Source: Lama guanicoe (lineage: Eukaryota). Taken from it: 64,000 bases of DNA. Below are positions 12,428-25,641 of the stretch, piece after piece; position 1 is the stretch's first letter; the number at the start of each line of letters is the position of its first letter. Location of the stretch: the NCBI GenBank assembly GCA_013239625.1, contig MU054323.1, positions 11,927,815 through 11,991,814 of the forward strand, read 5' to 3'. Position numbers and translations under genes: made by a program. The notes beneath the pieces are model-generated. The model was given only the letters and a program-made list of their open reading frames with translations, was not told the DNA's origin and did not search any database.

Positions 12428-12863
12428 TCTATTAGTTCCCCAGGGCTGCCAGAACAAATTACCACAAACTGAGTGGCTTTAAAATAACTCTTGACTCAGA
12501 GTTCTGGAGGCCAGGAGTCCAAAATCAAGGTGTTGGCAGGGCCAAGCTCCCTCCAAAGCCTCTGGAGGAGGATCCTTCTTTTCTCCTTCTGGCTTCTGCT
12601 TACTCCGGGCATTTTTGGGCGTGTGGCAGCGGAATTCCAATCTGTCTCCATCCTGACAGGGCCACCTTCCCTCTGTGCCTGTCTGTGTCTTCACATAGCG
12701 CTCTCCTGTCTTATAAGGATAAGGGGCCCACCCTACTCTAGTATGACCTCATCTGAACTGATTACATCTACAATGACCCTATTTCCAAATAAGGTCACAT
12801 TCTGAGCTACTGGGGGCAGGACTTCAGCAGATCTCTCTGGAGGACACCATTCACCCGCTAACA
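12428..12863 (-). mobile_element. MLT1 (ERVL-MaLR) solo LTR, MLT1B/C/D-like
   Basis: attagtt..cagggctgcc..aacaaattaccacaaactg...gttctggaggcc..gagtccaaaatcaaggtgt...ttccaaataaggtcacattctgag...ggacaccattca...aaca. Confidence 0.85.
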
Positions 12864-12916
12864 CGGCTCTCTCTCCATTATTCCTTGTCTCAGTCTGGAA
12901 CTGCTGTCTTCTCTCC

Positions 12917-12932
12917 ACCACACACACACAGA

Positions 12933-12970
<38 letters not shown>
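12917..12970. repeat. (CA)n microsatellite
   Basis: Directly visible interrupted CA run. Confidence 0.95.
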
Positions 12971-12973
<3 letters not shown>

Positions 12974-13836
12974 AGACACACATATATGTACCCTGGCTTC
13001 CTGCCCATACCCTCGTCCACCTGGTAAACACTGGTCATCTTTTAAGATCTCAGTGCAAGTTCTGCCTCCTTGTGAAGCTTCCCCAACCCTCTTTCCCAGG
13101 CCTCCCAGGCCTCCTCACCTAACCTGTATCTCTGCAGCCATCTCCCTGGGTAGCAGAGGCTCCTTTCCCTGTCTGTTCCCTGGGACTATGGGACCATGTG
13201 ATGTACCTGTGATAGTCGGATACCTGTTGGCTTCCGCCAAAAATGGCGTTTAAGAGAGAAGGCTTGAAGGAGGAAGGATCTAGGTTCTGCTTCCCAATTT
13301 GTATTTTGAGACTTTGGGAGGTAACACTGGAAATATTTCCTTGAGTAAGGCTTGACTGCTATCTTAATAGCAACGTTTGGTATTTGGACAGCCTTTTATA
13401 GGCCCAGATAAATGTTCCTGAGTGGTGTGACCCATTCTTCAAGGCCAGCTTCAGTGCTGCCTCCTCCAGGAAGCCTTCCTGGAAGCCTTCTCTTCACCTT
13501 AGATGTCCCGAGCCCTTCAGACCTCCCTTGGGGTGCTGGTCCCATCGCATGTCATATTGTGGTTGTTCTTGTTCATACCTGTGCTCCCTGTGGGGCAGAG
13601 GTCGGGGTCTGGACATCATGGTGTCCCCGACAGCAGGGGCTCACAAACTTAGGACCCCAGCTGCCTGAGGATCACCCTGGGAGTGTCCTCAAAGTACAGC
13701 TCCTGGGCCCACTGGAAGGTGGCCAGGCTTCAAAACCTCTGCCCCAGGGCAGGAAGGGTTAGGATGCGGCCGCAAGGAGGGTTTCGAGAGACCACAGGAT
13801 GGTGGCTCACTGTAGGTCCCCTCTCCTCCCATGCAG

Positions 13837-13934
13837 GTTCGTGTGTGCCCAGCTGCCCAACCCCGTGCTGGAGAGCATCAGCGTCATCGACACGCCGGGG
13901 ATCCTCTCTGGGGAGAAGCAAAGGATCAGTCGAG
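13837..13934 (+). CDS. EHD3: EHD3 coding exon 3 (DTPG motif)
   Basis: Acceptor ctcctcccatgcag|[33 protein letters not shown]; donor G|gtaagt. Confidence 0.97.
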
Positions 13935-14542
13935 GTAAGTGGGGCACCTGGAAGGGTTGCCTCTGGCTCTGTGCTGTGTTCTTTCTGGTCTGTTCTCTCA
14001 CTTCTATCCCAGGAAAGAGGCTCCCGGGGCCTTGCTATCTCTTAACGAGCCAGCAGTGCCTCGTGTGCCGTGTGGGGTCATCCTAGGCAGGGGCCAGTGG
14101 ACAAGTTCGGGTCCACTGTAGCTCAGGACACCACTGGCCTCAGTCTTCTCATCTGTGAAATGGAGACATGACTGTCTGCCTTACTCACCTCATCGGGTTT
14201 ATTCATGGGCCAGACCCTGGCTTGTTTCTGAAGTTCCTGCCATCCCTGCCCCAGGGATTAGGGGGTACAGTTCTGCAGGGAAGCAGATGCACTTCCACCG
14301 ACAGCGTGAGGATGGCTGTGTGCTCTGGGCATCAGACTAGGATGCTGTATGTGAAAGCATTTGACAACTGCTCAGTCCCGACAGATGTGGGGTAACTGTT
14401 CATCAAGGGAGGTTGTCGTGGTGGTTAGGAGATGAACTCGGGCCAGGCTGCCAGAGTTCCAAGCTGTCTCTAATGCTTCCCGGCAGGGTGACCTTGACAG
14501 GGTTCTTTCCTTTAGCTTGTTCATCTGTAGAGGAGGGGACAT

Positions 14543-14607
14543 CTTTCTTTCTTCCTTTCTTCCTGTCTTCCTTCCTTCCATCCTTCCTTCCTTCCTTCCT
14601 CTCTCTT

Positions 14608-14640
<33 letters not shown>
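14543..14640. repeat. Compound (CTTC)n/(CT)n polypyrimidine microsatellite
   Basis: Directly visible. Confidence 0.9.
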
Positions 14641-17600
14641 ATCTTATAGTGCTGTCTGAGGATTAAAAGAAATAGTGCAGGTAAAAAGCTCCCTGCCTGG
14701 CACCTAGTGAGTGCCTGAGAAACATGAGATGTTACAGATCATCATCATCATTGTTTTTTTCTAGCTCTAAAATACTAGATGGATTCTGTAAAAAGCTTGA
14801 AACTACAGCTCCTGGCTCCCCACTCCCAGCCTCTCCTGCCACACCCTGCTGTGTGCCCTGGGTAGCCCCCTACCCTTTCTATGCCATGTACTCTATTTCT
14901 GGTAAGAAAAGCTGATGAAGCCACACCCACCCAATACTGGAGCTGGGAGCTGGGCTGGAGCCAAATCAGCACTCAGAAGCCAGCTTCCCGGAAGGGAAGA
15001 CTTTGGACAGGCAGGAGTCCTCTGGGCAGCAGCCGGAACTCTCCCCCGAACTGACTGTAGGTGACTATCTGCCTTCCTCTCGCATGTGCCTCGTGGGTGA
15101 GGGGAGCATGGAACCCACTGCCCTGGGCGGGGAGGGCCGTTTCACCCGCTCCTTCCGGCCGGCCTGCCCTCTGTAAGCACCCTGGCGCTCTGCTTAGGGC
15201 CCCACGGAGGGGCAGCTTGGGTGGCTCTCTCTTGCTTTTATTTGTCTCCCTAAATAGTCCCTCTCTCCATCCAGTCCCCACCCTCACCCCCTAAGGGTTC
15301 ATCTAGACTCATTCTGAGTTTAGGCTTACAGGGGATTTACTGTTTCACACAGCCTTCTCAAGGAAGGCTCAGGGAAGGCCAACTTCTTGACCTGAACTAT
15401 CTAGGGTAGGTGGCATGTGGACCTGCAAGGCCAGTGCAGCCTGACAGGTGGGTGGGTCCAGAGGGGACTCCAGCCTTCGGGGTTTCCAGGGGCACTGGAT
15501 TGGGAGTTCAGAGCACTGGGTTTTAGAACCTGTGGGTCTCCACAGGTCACATTTGTTTCCCGCTGAACCTTAATGTCCCCGTGTGTAGCAAAGGGTAATG
15601 ATATCCATCACTTGACCTAGTGAGGTCCACAGACAGTAATGGAAATACAGACATCAGCTCTGGGTCTGGATCCTGGTGAGCTCCGTTCCCTCTCCATTAT
15701 CTGCCAGCCAGGGCCACCCCTTATCCAACCCCAAGGGAATCTATGTGAGTGGCCTCCCTTGCAGTTGTGCAGTGCACAGCCTGTGCAGCTGTATGTGGCT
15801 GCCCCGCTTCTAGGGACTCCTGCCTTCTCAGCTTCTGTTCCATTCCCTTCTTTTCCTGTTCCTGTATCTTCTCTTCTGCCTTTATCTTTGGAACTCAGTG
15901 GCTGCTCCACGGCAAACTGGGGGCTTGGTTTTCTTGCTTGTCCTTCCTGTCCCCTCCCACCCCTCACTGACTAAGCACCAGGTCCCTCCCTACCTCTGGG
16001 AGGAGTGATGGTCCTATGATATCTACACAGGCCAGTTTGTTCTCTGCCCTTCTGAGTCTAGACTAGAAATGCAGCTGGCAGAAGTAGCCTGTGATTAAAA
16101 AAAAAAAAAAAGAGCTGAGAGCTGGGCTGCCACTCAGTCTTGCATCGTCAGCCCAGGGCAGTGCTGACCTCAGCGTTCCACAGAGACCGGAAAATCAGGG
16201 AATATCAGGCCCCCTCAGATGTCAGAGGCAAATGAGGAAAGTTTCCAGTGTGAAGAGACCTTCCTCAAAATCAGCCAGAGAACCTGTAGTTCAGTTTATA
16301 GCTACACACACACCCCCACACTCCCTCCATTCCCGCCTGCACACACACGTACATGCAGCGTGTGCACAGAACCCAACACACTTTGCACACTTCTTGCCAG
16401 GGGCTCTCAGAACTCGAATTGGTGCTTCTTGCCTTCCTCCATCCCAGGGCCAGGCAGGGCCCCATGGACAGTCCGTGCATGGCCCCTGGGTAGCCCTGCT
16501 GGAGCGCACCTGTCTGAGGGCGTGTCAAGCCTGAAATCCAGCCCACGTTCCGCCCATCAGGCCTCCCGCCAGGCACACGGCTGTGTCTCACCAGAAAAAC
16601 AGGACTTGCTGTCAAGTCCACACAGAGCTACCTCTGGGCTGCGGCCCTGGTGTGCCACATTCTGGAAAGAGAGCTACTCTCAAGGGCTCCCCAGGCCGCA
16701 GGCTTCATAGGAGGGAGCACTCAGGCCCTGGGCCAGAGCTGGGCAGAGTGAGGTCCTTGTTCAGGTTGTGGCCTCTCTGCCTGGGCCCGGGGCTGCAGTG
16801 AGTGTCTTGAGGGGAGAGAGGAAGCAGGGGACATCCGGGAGCCTGAGCCCTGGAAGTCCCGGTCCCGCCCTTGTCTCTAGAGGCAGATGCACTGGGATGG
16901 GCAGGAGAGGGGCCGGGAGGCAGTTCCTGGAAGTGACAGGATGTGCCCAGCCCAATCTCATTACTGGGAAGAAGCAAGGATGCAGTGGGAGTGGGAGGGC
17001 TCCGGAAGCCGAGTGTCCTCACACTTGGGAACCACATTTCCTGTCAGCATCTCAGCGAGAAATCCCCACAGGCCCCACCCTTGAAAAGCAACCCCTCCAC
17101 ATGTGGTTCACATCACTCCCAGCAGACCCGGTCCTGTACAGGTGAGCTCGGTGGGGCCGGAGCAGGTAAAAACTTGCCCAGTCTCAGAACTGGGATGGGG
17201 ACTCTGGTCCCCACAGTTCCCAGCACAGTGCCTTTCAGCACATTATCGTGGCCTGTCTGGAAGGAGCACAGGGAGGAGGAGTGAAGGCAAACTCTCACCT
17301 ACAAGTTTCCCTTGAGGGACCTCAGAGGGTCTAGGCTGATCCTCAGCCTCCTATCCCCGGCCTGTCCTGTCATTTTCTGGGGCTTCTGGGGCCCCAGACC
17401 ACATGTGGTACATACATGCCCGTTGGGGGCATCACTGCGGAGACAGAGCAGCAGAGTCCTGAGTCCCTTCCAAAGGGCTCGCCGACACCTTTTGTCATTT
17501 GAGAGGCCTGTGATGAGTCTCTTGGGCCACTTTTCAAGGTTACTTCTGGGAGACACGCAGTGTGACCTCTGTTCCCAATTGTTGTCTGAACTCTTCCCAC

Positions 17601-20530
17601 ATTCTTTTAATTTCTCTTTTGCTAAAATGTCTTCAAATATTGAAAGAGACTTTGGGGGCAGGATCGTACCTTTTATGTACCCACCACAAGTAAGTGTCTG
17701 GTGGGAGGGCTCAGACCCCTGAGCTCCAGCCTCGCAGGGCTCTGAGCCAAGAAAGGAGTGTGGATGAGAATCAAGGGTCTGGGTCCTGAGTTTGCCACCA
17801 CCTGGCTGTGTGAGCTTGGGCGAGCCCCTTAGCCTCTCTGTCCCTCTCCCTTCCCTATCCGCTGTCCCCTTCCCTTGGCTGGTTACCTCCTGACACATGG
17901 AGAGTTCTGAGGATCAGATGAGATTGCGTGGCTGCAAACACAAAGCAGTGAGCCTTGTCAGCACCGGGCACTGCGTTCCAGGCCGGGGAGGAAGCCAGGG
18001 ATGACTCAGGAGTTGCTGCGCTTACTGTCTCATCGATTTCCTCTGCCTGCCATCACTTAGAAGTGCTTTCTTTGCAGTCCTCTGGAACCTGGGGGCAGTA
18101 GGGAGAGCCCCAGATCCCTGCAGGTTGCCCAGTGTCTGATTCTGGTGCCTGCAGACCAGATCTCTTGGAGCCAGCAGACTTGCTATGGGTAATTCCAGGA
18201 AGGCCAGCTTCACCGTCAGTCTCTCGGAGCTTGACTCTCCCACCACCCACTAGTCCACATCTCGTGAGCCCTCGGGCTGCAGCAGGTGCTCAGGGGCTCC
18301 TGTTGTGGGCCTCAGAGCCATTCTCCTAGGACCAGCGGAGGAAAGAGGGCCTGTCTCCCCAGACATCACGGCAGAGCCTCCAGACTGAGTCTGGGCCCTC
18401 CCTCCACTATCTTGTTGCCGTGGTTCTACTATTGACCCCTCATCAGTCAGTCATTTTTATCCCATTTTACAGCCAAGAAAACAGAATCAGACTTGCCCAA
18501 GGCCACATAGAAAATAAATGGGACAGCTGATACGCATAAACCCAATCCACAGAAATAATTAGATACCCAGCCTGGAGGCTGCTGGGCTCTGAACAGTCAG
18601 GAGCAGGGAAGCTGAGCTGCAGAGAAAGCCCACAGAGTCTTCACTTAACGCTTATGCAGCCACACCTGGGGAGAAAGCACCTGCATTACTGAGTTTGTGA
18701 TTTGATAGCTGCTTGCCAGGGCATGCAAAATTTGCAAAACTAGAGGGTGAATTGAAGGCCTCTGTGCTTGCGAAATCCTGGAAAGGTTTCCCCAAAGCCA
18801 TCCACCTGTCCTCAGACAGGAGCAGGCTTCACATAGGCACCTGGGGTGTTTAAGACCACAGCCCCCAGCCTTCTGTCCCCCCGTCCTGCAAGAGCTTCCT
18901 TGTGACTAAACTCCATCTTGCTGTACTCCCCACCGTCACACCTCCAGTCTCAGAAGCAGGGACTGGTGAACTAAGAAAGGAAATCCAGAGATCTAGTCCA
19001 ACCCCCTGGTTTAAGAGGCAGAGAGAAACCAAGGACCAGAGAAGGAAGGCTACTTGCCTAAGGACACACAGCCGTTTAATGGCTGAGCAGAGACTAGAGG
19101 TGAGCTTGCCCTGGCCAGTGCTCCTCAGGTGACCCCTTCAGAGCATACCCATCTCATGGAAACTGGCGCTTGGAAGGGGGCAGAGCCAGAGGAACGGCCA
19201 GGGTCACAGGCAAATGGTCTCACCAGCATCCTTTTCTTTGATTGGATTCTCACAGCAACCCTCTGGCAGGGTCTAGTGGATTAGTTCAGAGACCAGAAAA
19301 CTGAGGCCTGGGGGTGACTTTTTCACTGTCCCCAGGATATAAAAGGCAGAACAGGGCTCACATTTCAGTTCTGTTCAGCCAGTACTGCTCGAGCACCTTC
19401 TGTGTGCTGGGCACCGTGCTGGGCGCAGGGAAGCTGAGAAGGACGACCTCTCCTGGCCCTGCCCCACCCTGCTCCCAGGGCAGTGAGGGGATGACGCATC
19501 CAATGACAGTCCCGTAGGTCCCTACGCTTTCCACGGTTCCCATGGTTCTGTGCGTGAGCAGAGAGGTAGGTCTGCCCGAGGGCGCCTGACCCGGCCCTGG
19601 GGGCAGGAACAGGCAAGGGGCTGTGCTGTTCTGGCAGCAGTGACCTGTGCTGTCACTCTCCCCCCCACCCCCACCCCACGCGGTGGGGCTGGTCAGGTTG
19701 CTGGGGTTTGCCCCACCCCCTCCAAAGCCCTGCTCTTCTCCGAAGCTTCTCTGGCCCCTTCACTTTCCGCAGCCCATGGGTGGCTGCAGCGCTGGGCTTG
19801 GGGTGGGAGGACCTGAGTTCTGGTCCTGATCCTCCCGCAGCTGCGTGGCCCTGGGCACGTCTCACCCGCTCTGAGCCTTGTCGTTAAGCGCCCAGGGCTG
19901 GCTGCTCTGGCTGCCCAGTGGCTGTGTGCTGAGCTCTGAGGGCGGAAATGGGCTGTGCGGGGGGGTGGGGGGGGAGACACGGTGTGGAGTTGGGGGGCGG
20001 CAGCAGCTCTTCCCAGCTGCGCCCCCCACACACACACCATGGCCTGTACTGACACAGCTAAATCCTTGTCAGGCGAGATTTGGGAATAGGTTTCAGCAGA
20101 GTGCCAGAGGCCTCCGAGCCCTGCTGCTACGGGGAGGGCAGGCTTGTGAGAGTTGCAGGCACCACAGCAGCAAGGCCGTGACCCCGTTTCTGGGTGGGAA
20201 GGTTGGGAGAGGCGAGTAGGTTGCCCTGATTTTCTGAGCCCTCTGGCCCCCTTCCTGCCCCCAGCTCTGGGGGACTGCCTTTGGTTGGTGAGACTGAGAC
20301 TGCCCTCCATCTGGCTGAAAGAGATTAATAATATCCTGGAGCCATCACAGGGAAGGGAGGGTGGGAGGGGAGGGAGTGGGTACAGGCTGCAGGCCCACCT
20401 GGAGCAGGAGTGCAGGGGCCTCCTAGGCTCCGAGGGAGCTGCTGGCTGGGCCTGTGCATGGGAAGTGGGGGAGGCAGGGAGTGCCAGGTGCAGGACCGCT
20501 GCCCGCCTGGCCTGTGCAGGGAGCCCAGGG

Positions 20531-20595
20531 CCCCACGGCCTGGTCCAGTCCTTGAACCCCACTGGCCCGGTCCAGTCCTAGACCCCCACTGGCCC
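20531..20595. repeat. Short tandem duplication, ~27-bp unit, ~2.4 copies
   Basis: ccccac(t)ggcc(t/c)ggtccagtcct(t/a)ga is repeated; appears as PGPVLEPHWPGPVLDPHWP in the ORF track. Confidence 0.85.
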
Positions 20596-21709
20596 ACAAT
20601 TGAGCCTTCATCCCGGAAACTCAGGTTTTTGTCTGGGAAGGATATTACTTCTCACTGTGCTTGCCTCTGAGGGTGCTGTGAGGGTGAAATGAGGTTGTGG
20701 TGTGAACTGAATTGCGAACTGAGCCATCTGGGTTTTAACAAGCCCTTCAGGGGATTCTGCTCAAGTTGAGAACCGCTGGTACAGGCGATCAGAGCAGCTT
20801 CAGTTTGACTCAGTTGCAAGGCGGCTGCCTAGTGACCCGCCCTGGTTTCTAGTCTCCTTCATGAAGCAGGGCAGGGACTGCTGGCTGGCTTTTTCCTGAT
20901 CGCTCAGTCTCCCACTCAGTGGTGGCAATCAGCTTAGGGCCCCAGGGTATATGCCTCTGTAACCGTTGTAGTGGGAGCCAGGGTTGTTGATCCTACCGTT
21001 GGACTTCCGACTTTCTTGCCAGAGGTGTGGCACTGGGGAGTGGCGGCAGGCCTGCTACCGCCATTTGCATCCCAGTGCTGCTGCTCCTGGGCTGTGTGCC
21101 CTTGAGCAAGTCACTTTACCTCTCTGAGCCTCACTTGACCATCTATTGCCCTCTGTTTTCTGGAAGAAGATACTGAGGCACAGAGAGGTGAGGCTGCTTC
21201 CAGCTCTTAAGGGTCAGTGAATATGAGGCTGAATCTGCAGACTGTTGACATGACCCTCCCCAGCCCCTCCCAGATCCAGTGCTACTTGGGGTTGAGTGGA
21301 GCAGGTGCTGTGGGGCTCCTGTAACCAGCCTGATCTGAGGCAGCTCAGTACCCAATAACCAAGGCATGGCAGTTAGAGATCTGTCACATCCTAAGGAAGA
21401 AATCCCTTGTGGTTTTAAGAGCTAGGAATTTGGAGGCTGCATCCAGTGAGTAAGGAAAGAAGTGAGCTCATGAACCAGCATGAGAACAAGTCATGTGTCA
21501 AGAGCCTCAGATTTCATCCAGACCAGTGATCTGGTCTGAACCATCATCTATATCTTACATTTTTCTGCTTCCCCAGTTTTCAGGCCTTGTTAAAAAATTT
21601 ATAGGTCTTTATTCAAAATGTGTTCAGGCAGGGCTCCTGGCTGCTAAATACAATAAGCAATGATAGGGAAGCTGGATGGTAGTTGTGCTTTATGGGATAA
21701 TGATGTTAG

Positions 21710-21910
21710 TAATAATAACTAGCATTTACTGAGCAGCTGCTGGGTGCTGGGCTCCGAGTGTCTTTAGTCCTTAAAATTCTATTAGCTGGATACTATTAGT
21801 AGGCCCACTTATAGATGGAAAAACAGACTCAGAGACATTTGGCAACTGGCCCAAAGCCAAATAGTGAAAATGTGGAGGAGACAGATTTGAACCCAGATCT
21901 GACTCCCAAG
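21710..21910 (-). mobile_element. MIR SINE
   Basis: taataataactagcatttactgagc...tatagatggaaaaacagactcagaga...gatttgaacccagatct. Confidence 0.75.
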
Positions 21911-21998
21911 ACATTGTTTCTACAGCACTGGCTGCCTCTCCCCAAACCCCTACCCTGTGCCCGCAAGTCCCCGGCCCCTGACTCTGCTCTGCCGGCAG

Positions 21999-22411
21999 GG
22001 TACGACTTTGCTGCCGTCCTCGAGTGGTTCGCCGAGCGTGTGGATCGCATCATCCTGCTCTTTGACGCCCACAAGCTGGACATCTCTGACGAGTTCTCAG
22101 AAGTCATTCAAGCCCTCAAGAACCACGAAGACAAGATGCGGGTGGTGCTGAACAAGGCCGACCAGATCGAGACGCAGCAGCTGATGCGGGTGTACGGGGC
22201 CCTCATGTGGTCCCTGGGGAAGATCGTGAACACCCCCGAGGTGATCCGGGTCTACATCGGCTCCTTCTGGTCCCACCCCCTTCTCATCCCAGACAACCGG
22301 AAGCTATTTGAGGCCGAGGAGCAGGATCTGTTCCGCGACATACAGAGTCTGCCACGAAATGCTGCCCTGCGCAAGCTGAATGACCTCATCAAGAGAGCCA
22401 GGCTGGCCAAG
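21999..22411 (+). CDS. EHD3: EHD3 coding exon 4 (NKAD motif, start of helical domain)
   Basis: Acceptor ctctgccggcag|[29 protein letters not shown]...VLNKADQ...RARLAK; donor AAG|gtgatg. Confidence 0.97.
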
Positions 22412-22584
22412 GTGATGCTGCCTGGGGGAATGGGCAGCATAGGCGGGGACAACGACTTGGGGGGAGGGGTTCAGCTGTAAAAGCTGAGCTGCTGCCTGCC
22501 CACGCGAGGATGTCCCATAGGCACTACATCAGGAGCATCAGTCATGCCAGCTCTGGACGGGGGGTGGGGAGGCAGGGTCAGGAT

Positions 22585-22810
22585 AGTGTGATGGTTATGA
22601 TCACCTGCCCTGGCATCAGATGGCCAGATTGGAGTCAACTGCCCAGTTTACTCTGTGATCCCAACCCCAGCAAGGGCCCTGGTCTCTCTGTGCCTGTTTC
22701 CACATCAGTAAATTGAAAGACTTAGAAGATAAAGTAGAATAAAGAATGAGAAAGCCCTCATCACAGTGCCTGGTGGCCTCTGAGGTGCTTGGTACATGTG
22801 AATTGTTACT
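22585..22810 (+). mobile_element. MIR SINE
   Basis: gtgtgatggtta...ctctctgtgcctgtttccacatcagtaaa...cacagtgcctgg. Confidence 0.65.
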
Positions 22811-23079
22811 GTCTTCCTCGTCATCAACCCCATCACCAGAATTATCATCCCTGTTACTGCCTTGACCTTAACCTCCCCACAACTTCACCTTACCCCTAAG
22901 ATCTAGCAAAATAGCTCAGTGCTGCAAGCAGCAGAAGAGACAAGGTGGAGACAAAAATTATTTCAGAAGTAGGAGCAGGTGGAGGGATTTACAGGAAGAG
23001 ATGGGGTGGGAGCTGCCCTCGAGGAAAGGAAAGAATCAAGGTCTTGATCTGAAGGTTTCTCTCTGCTCCTGTTATGCAG

Positions 23080-23244
23080 GTCCATGCGTACATCATCAGC
23101 TCTCTGAAGAAGGAGATGCCCTCGGTGTTTGGAAAGGACAACAAGAAAAAGGAGCTGGTGAACAACCTGGGCGAGATTTATCGCCAGATTGAGCGGGAGC
23201 ACCAGATCTCACCTGGGGACTTTCCCAACCTGAAGAGGATGCAG
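23080..23244 (+). CDS. EHD3: EHD3 coding exon 5 (helical, membrane-binding region)
   Basis: Acceptor ctcctgttatgcag|; VHAYIISSLKKEMPSVFGKDNKKKELV...LKRMQ; donor CAG|gtaagc. Confidence 0.97.
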
Positions 23245-24094
23245 GTAAGCAGGCTCTGAGGCTCCAGGAAAGGGCCAATGTCACACAAGCTGGCTGAGCA
23301 GCCTGAGCTTGAAGGAGGCCCCCCTTGGATGCCCTGGGGTGAAACTCAACTCAGAACCAGCAGGCAGGCAGATGGCCCAGGGTCTGCTTTCCCTGTTGGA
23401 TTGACCCCGGCCTAACAGGTGCCGTATCTGGGCCTGGGGTAAGACACAGAGCCCAGGGCTCCCAGTGGGGCAGGGGTGTCAGCAGGTGTTTGGATTCTGA
23501 CACCTCCAGTTTTCCCAGTCATGGCTACCACAGGTTTGGACTCCCCACGGGGTCACGTGAAACAAAGCAAGTCACCTGACAAATGAACACTCTCTTGGCC
23601 TTTCATTGCTTAAGTTTACCACTGAGCTCCCACTTGGGAGCGATTTGGGACATAAGCCGTGGAGAAGCAGAAGTCTGCACCGGAGATCACCATCTTTGGG
23701 GTGCACCGTGGGCCCCTCTCTTGGGCTAGGGTCTGTGACACATGGTTTCTTATATTATCCCTGAAACAGTCCCCCAGGGAAGGCATTTCCTCCTCCTTTT
23801 ACAGATGAGCAAACTAAAGTTTACAAAGGTAATTAACCTGCTTAGGGTTTTCTGAGTGCAGTGTTCACATAGGCTGCAAGTAGAAACCCCAGAAGCTGTC
23901 CACGGTCTAAGCAAAGAACTACGGTACAATACTGACTGGATCCTCTCTGAGCATCTGTCTCCTCATCTACATATTGAGACTACAAAAGCCCCTCCTTGTG
24001 TGGATACTGTGAGTATCCATCAGATAACATGTGCAAGGCCCTCAGCGTGGCCTGGCACAGACTATGCTCTTAAAGTGCAGTAGCAAGTTAGGGA

Positions 24095-24200
24095 AGATGT
24101 CACCAGTAGGGGAAGCTGGGTAATGAGTACAAAGGACCGACTTCTCTGGACAGTTTTTGCAGATTCTCATGGTTCTGTAATTATTTAAAAATAAAAAACG
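24095..24200 (+). mobile_element. Old L1M 3'-terminal fragment
   Basis: aagatgtcacca.taggggaagctgggt...tttttgca...taattatttaaaaataaaaa. Confidence 0.55.
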
Positions 24201-25485
24201 TATTAAGGATGAGGCAATTAGGAAAAAAACAGCAGCAGATGTAGTAGTAATGTTGTTTTTGTTCTTGTTAATGTTAGGGTTTCAGAACATCAGTGCAGTA
24301 CCAAAGAGGCATTTTTCAGTTTCCTATCTGTCAAAATGAAAAGAAAGACAAAACAGACATCCAAAGTATGCGTTTGCTCATGCATCCATTCATTCCTGTA
24401 GCCGCCTACCATGAGTCAGTCACTAATTTCAGAATTGCTTTCGTGTAATTTGGATTTCAACTTTCAGTTTCTCTTTCTGTTAAGAATTAATGATCTGTAA
24501 GCGCATGTTTGGGGAGGATGACATTTGATAGGGATTATATGACTTTTTCAAATGGGAAGAATCCTTTTGCAGCATAAATGGTTTCACCTTCTTGCTCATT
24601 TGCCAGTCGGACGTCAGGTTCTGTTGTTAGGGGGCTGCATCAGTAATGGAAACAGTTGTCCTGTCGGGGCACATGTGTGTTGGTGGGAGCACCCACTGTG
24701 TCACCTGGAAGATATTGGGACCCCTAGTTGGGAGCCCACCGAACACACCTAGATGTGGACAGGCTGGGAGAGACAGAGGGACCTAGAGCAGAAGAAAGGG
24801 CTTGTCCTCCCTGAAGGGAGGTGAGCACGCCCAGCCTCACACTTGCTCTTGAAATGTAGCGTGGGTGTTTTCTGAATTTTTCTGCGGTGACCTCACTGTG
24901 CTTGTCCTGAGACTGTCCCCTGTGCACCAGCTCCTCCCACGGCCCTGAGACTGCAGTGGCAGGAGTGGGAAGCTCTCATCTTGTCATTATAGAGGCCAAG
25001 GAGAAGCTGGGTGTTGGAGACCCAGGACCTTTCAAAACGGCAAAGACATGCAAAGCAGGAACATACTTCGTTTACAATGTGGTGGGGTCTTGAGAAGTCA
25101 ACAAGGGGAGCTTTACAAACCTGCCTGCCACCCCTGCCTGCTGTGTCAGGACCCTCAGGGAGAAGCCGATGGTTGAAAACTCGTTCCAGATAATCCCGTG
25201 AGCACCCTTATTAAGAGCCGCTGGCTTCGGAATGACATTTGCCTTCTGCTGTGATTTGTTTTTCGTTGCCTATGCCTCCGTTTTTCCTTCCCTTAAAGGT
25301 GACAGAATGTGATTGCCTGCTCTCACAAAGGCACGAGCTGTGGGGGGCAGAGTGAATGAGATCATTAATGTAGTGACAGCACTTCCGGCGTTTTCAGGTG
25401 TAACCCTTACTGAGGTGGACACCCACATGACCCAGTCTTCAGCGTTCAAGAACCACCGTTCAGCAGCCAAACTTGGAGAGGAATT

Positions 25486-25641
25486 TAGTCATTCCCTCGG
25501 TGTCCGCAGGGGACTGGTTCCAGGACCCTCCACTGACACCGAAGTCCACAGATGCTCAAGTCCCTTAGACAAGATGGCACGGTACAGTTGGCCCTCCTTA
25601 TTCACGGATGCAGAGCCCTCGTATACAGAGGACTGACTGTA
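25486..25641 (+). mobile_element. Short MER2-like Tigger MITE with both termini
   Basis: Left end agtc.ttccctcggt.tccgc.gggga.tggttccaggaccc; right end ggatgcagagccc.cg.atacagagg.c.gactg followed by TA. Confidence 0.7.

Noticed and set aside
19693..20581. 289-aa minus-strand ORF in intron 3
   Set aside because: GC-rich chance frame with no recognisable motif.
21519..21538. Small perfect hairpin cagaccag-tgat-ctggtctg
   Set aside because: An 8-bp stem is expected by chance in 64 kb.
21815..22480. 221-aa ORF as a stand-alone gene or extended exon 4
   Set aside because: The N-terminal part is MIR-derived intron sequence and the tail is intron read-through; splice sites define the exon as 21999-22411.
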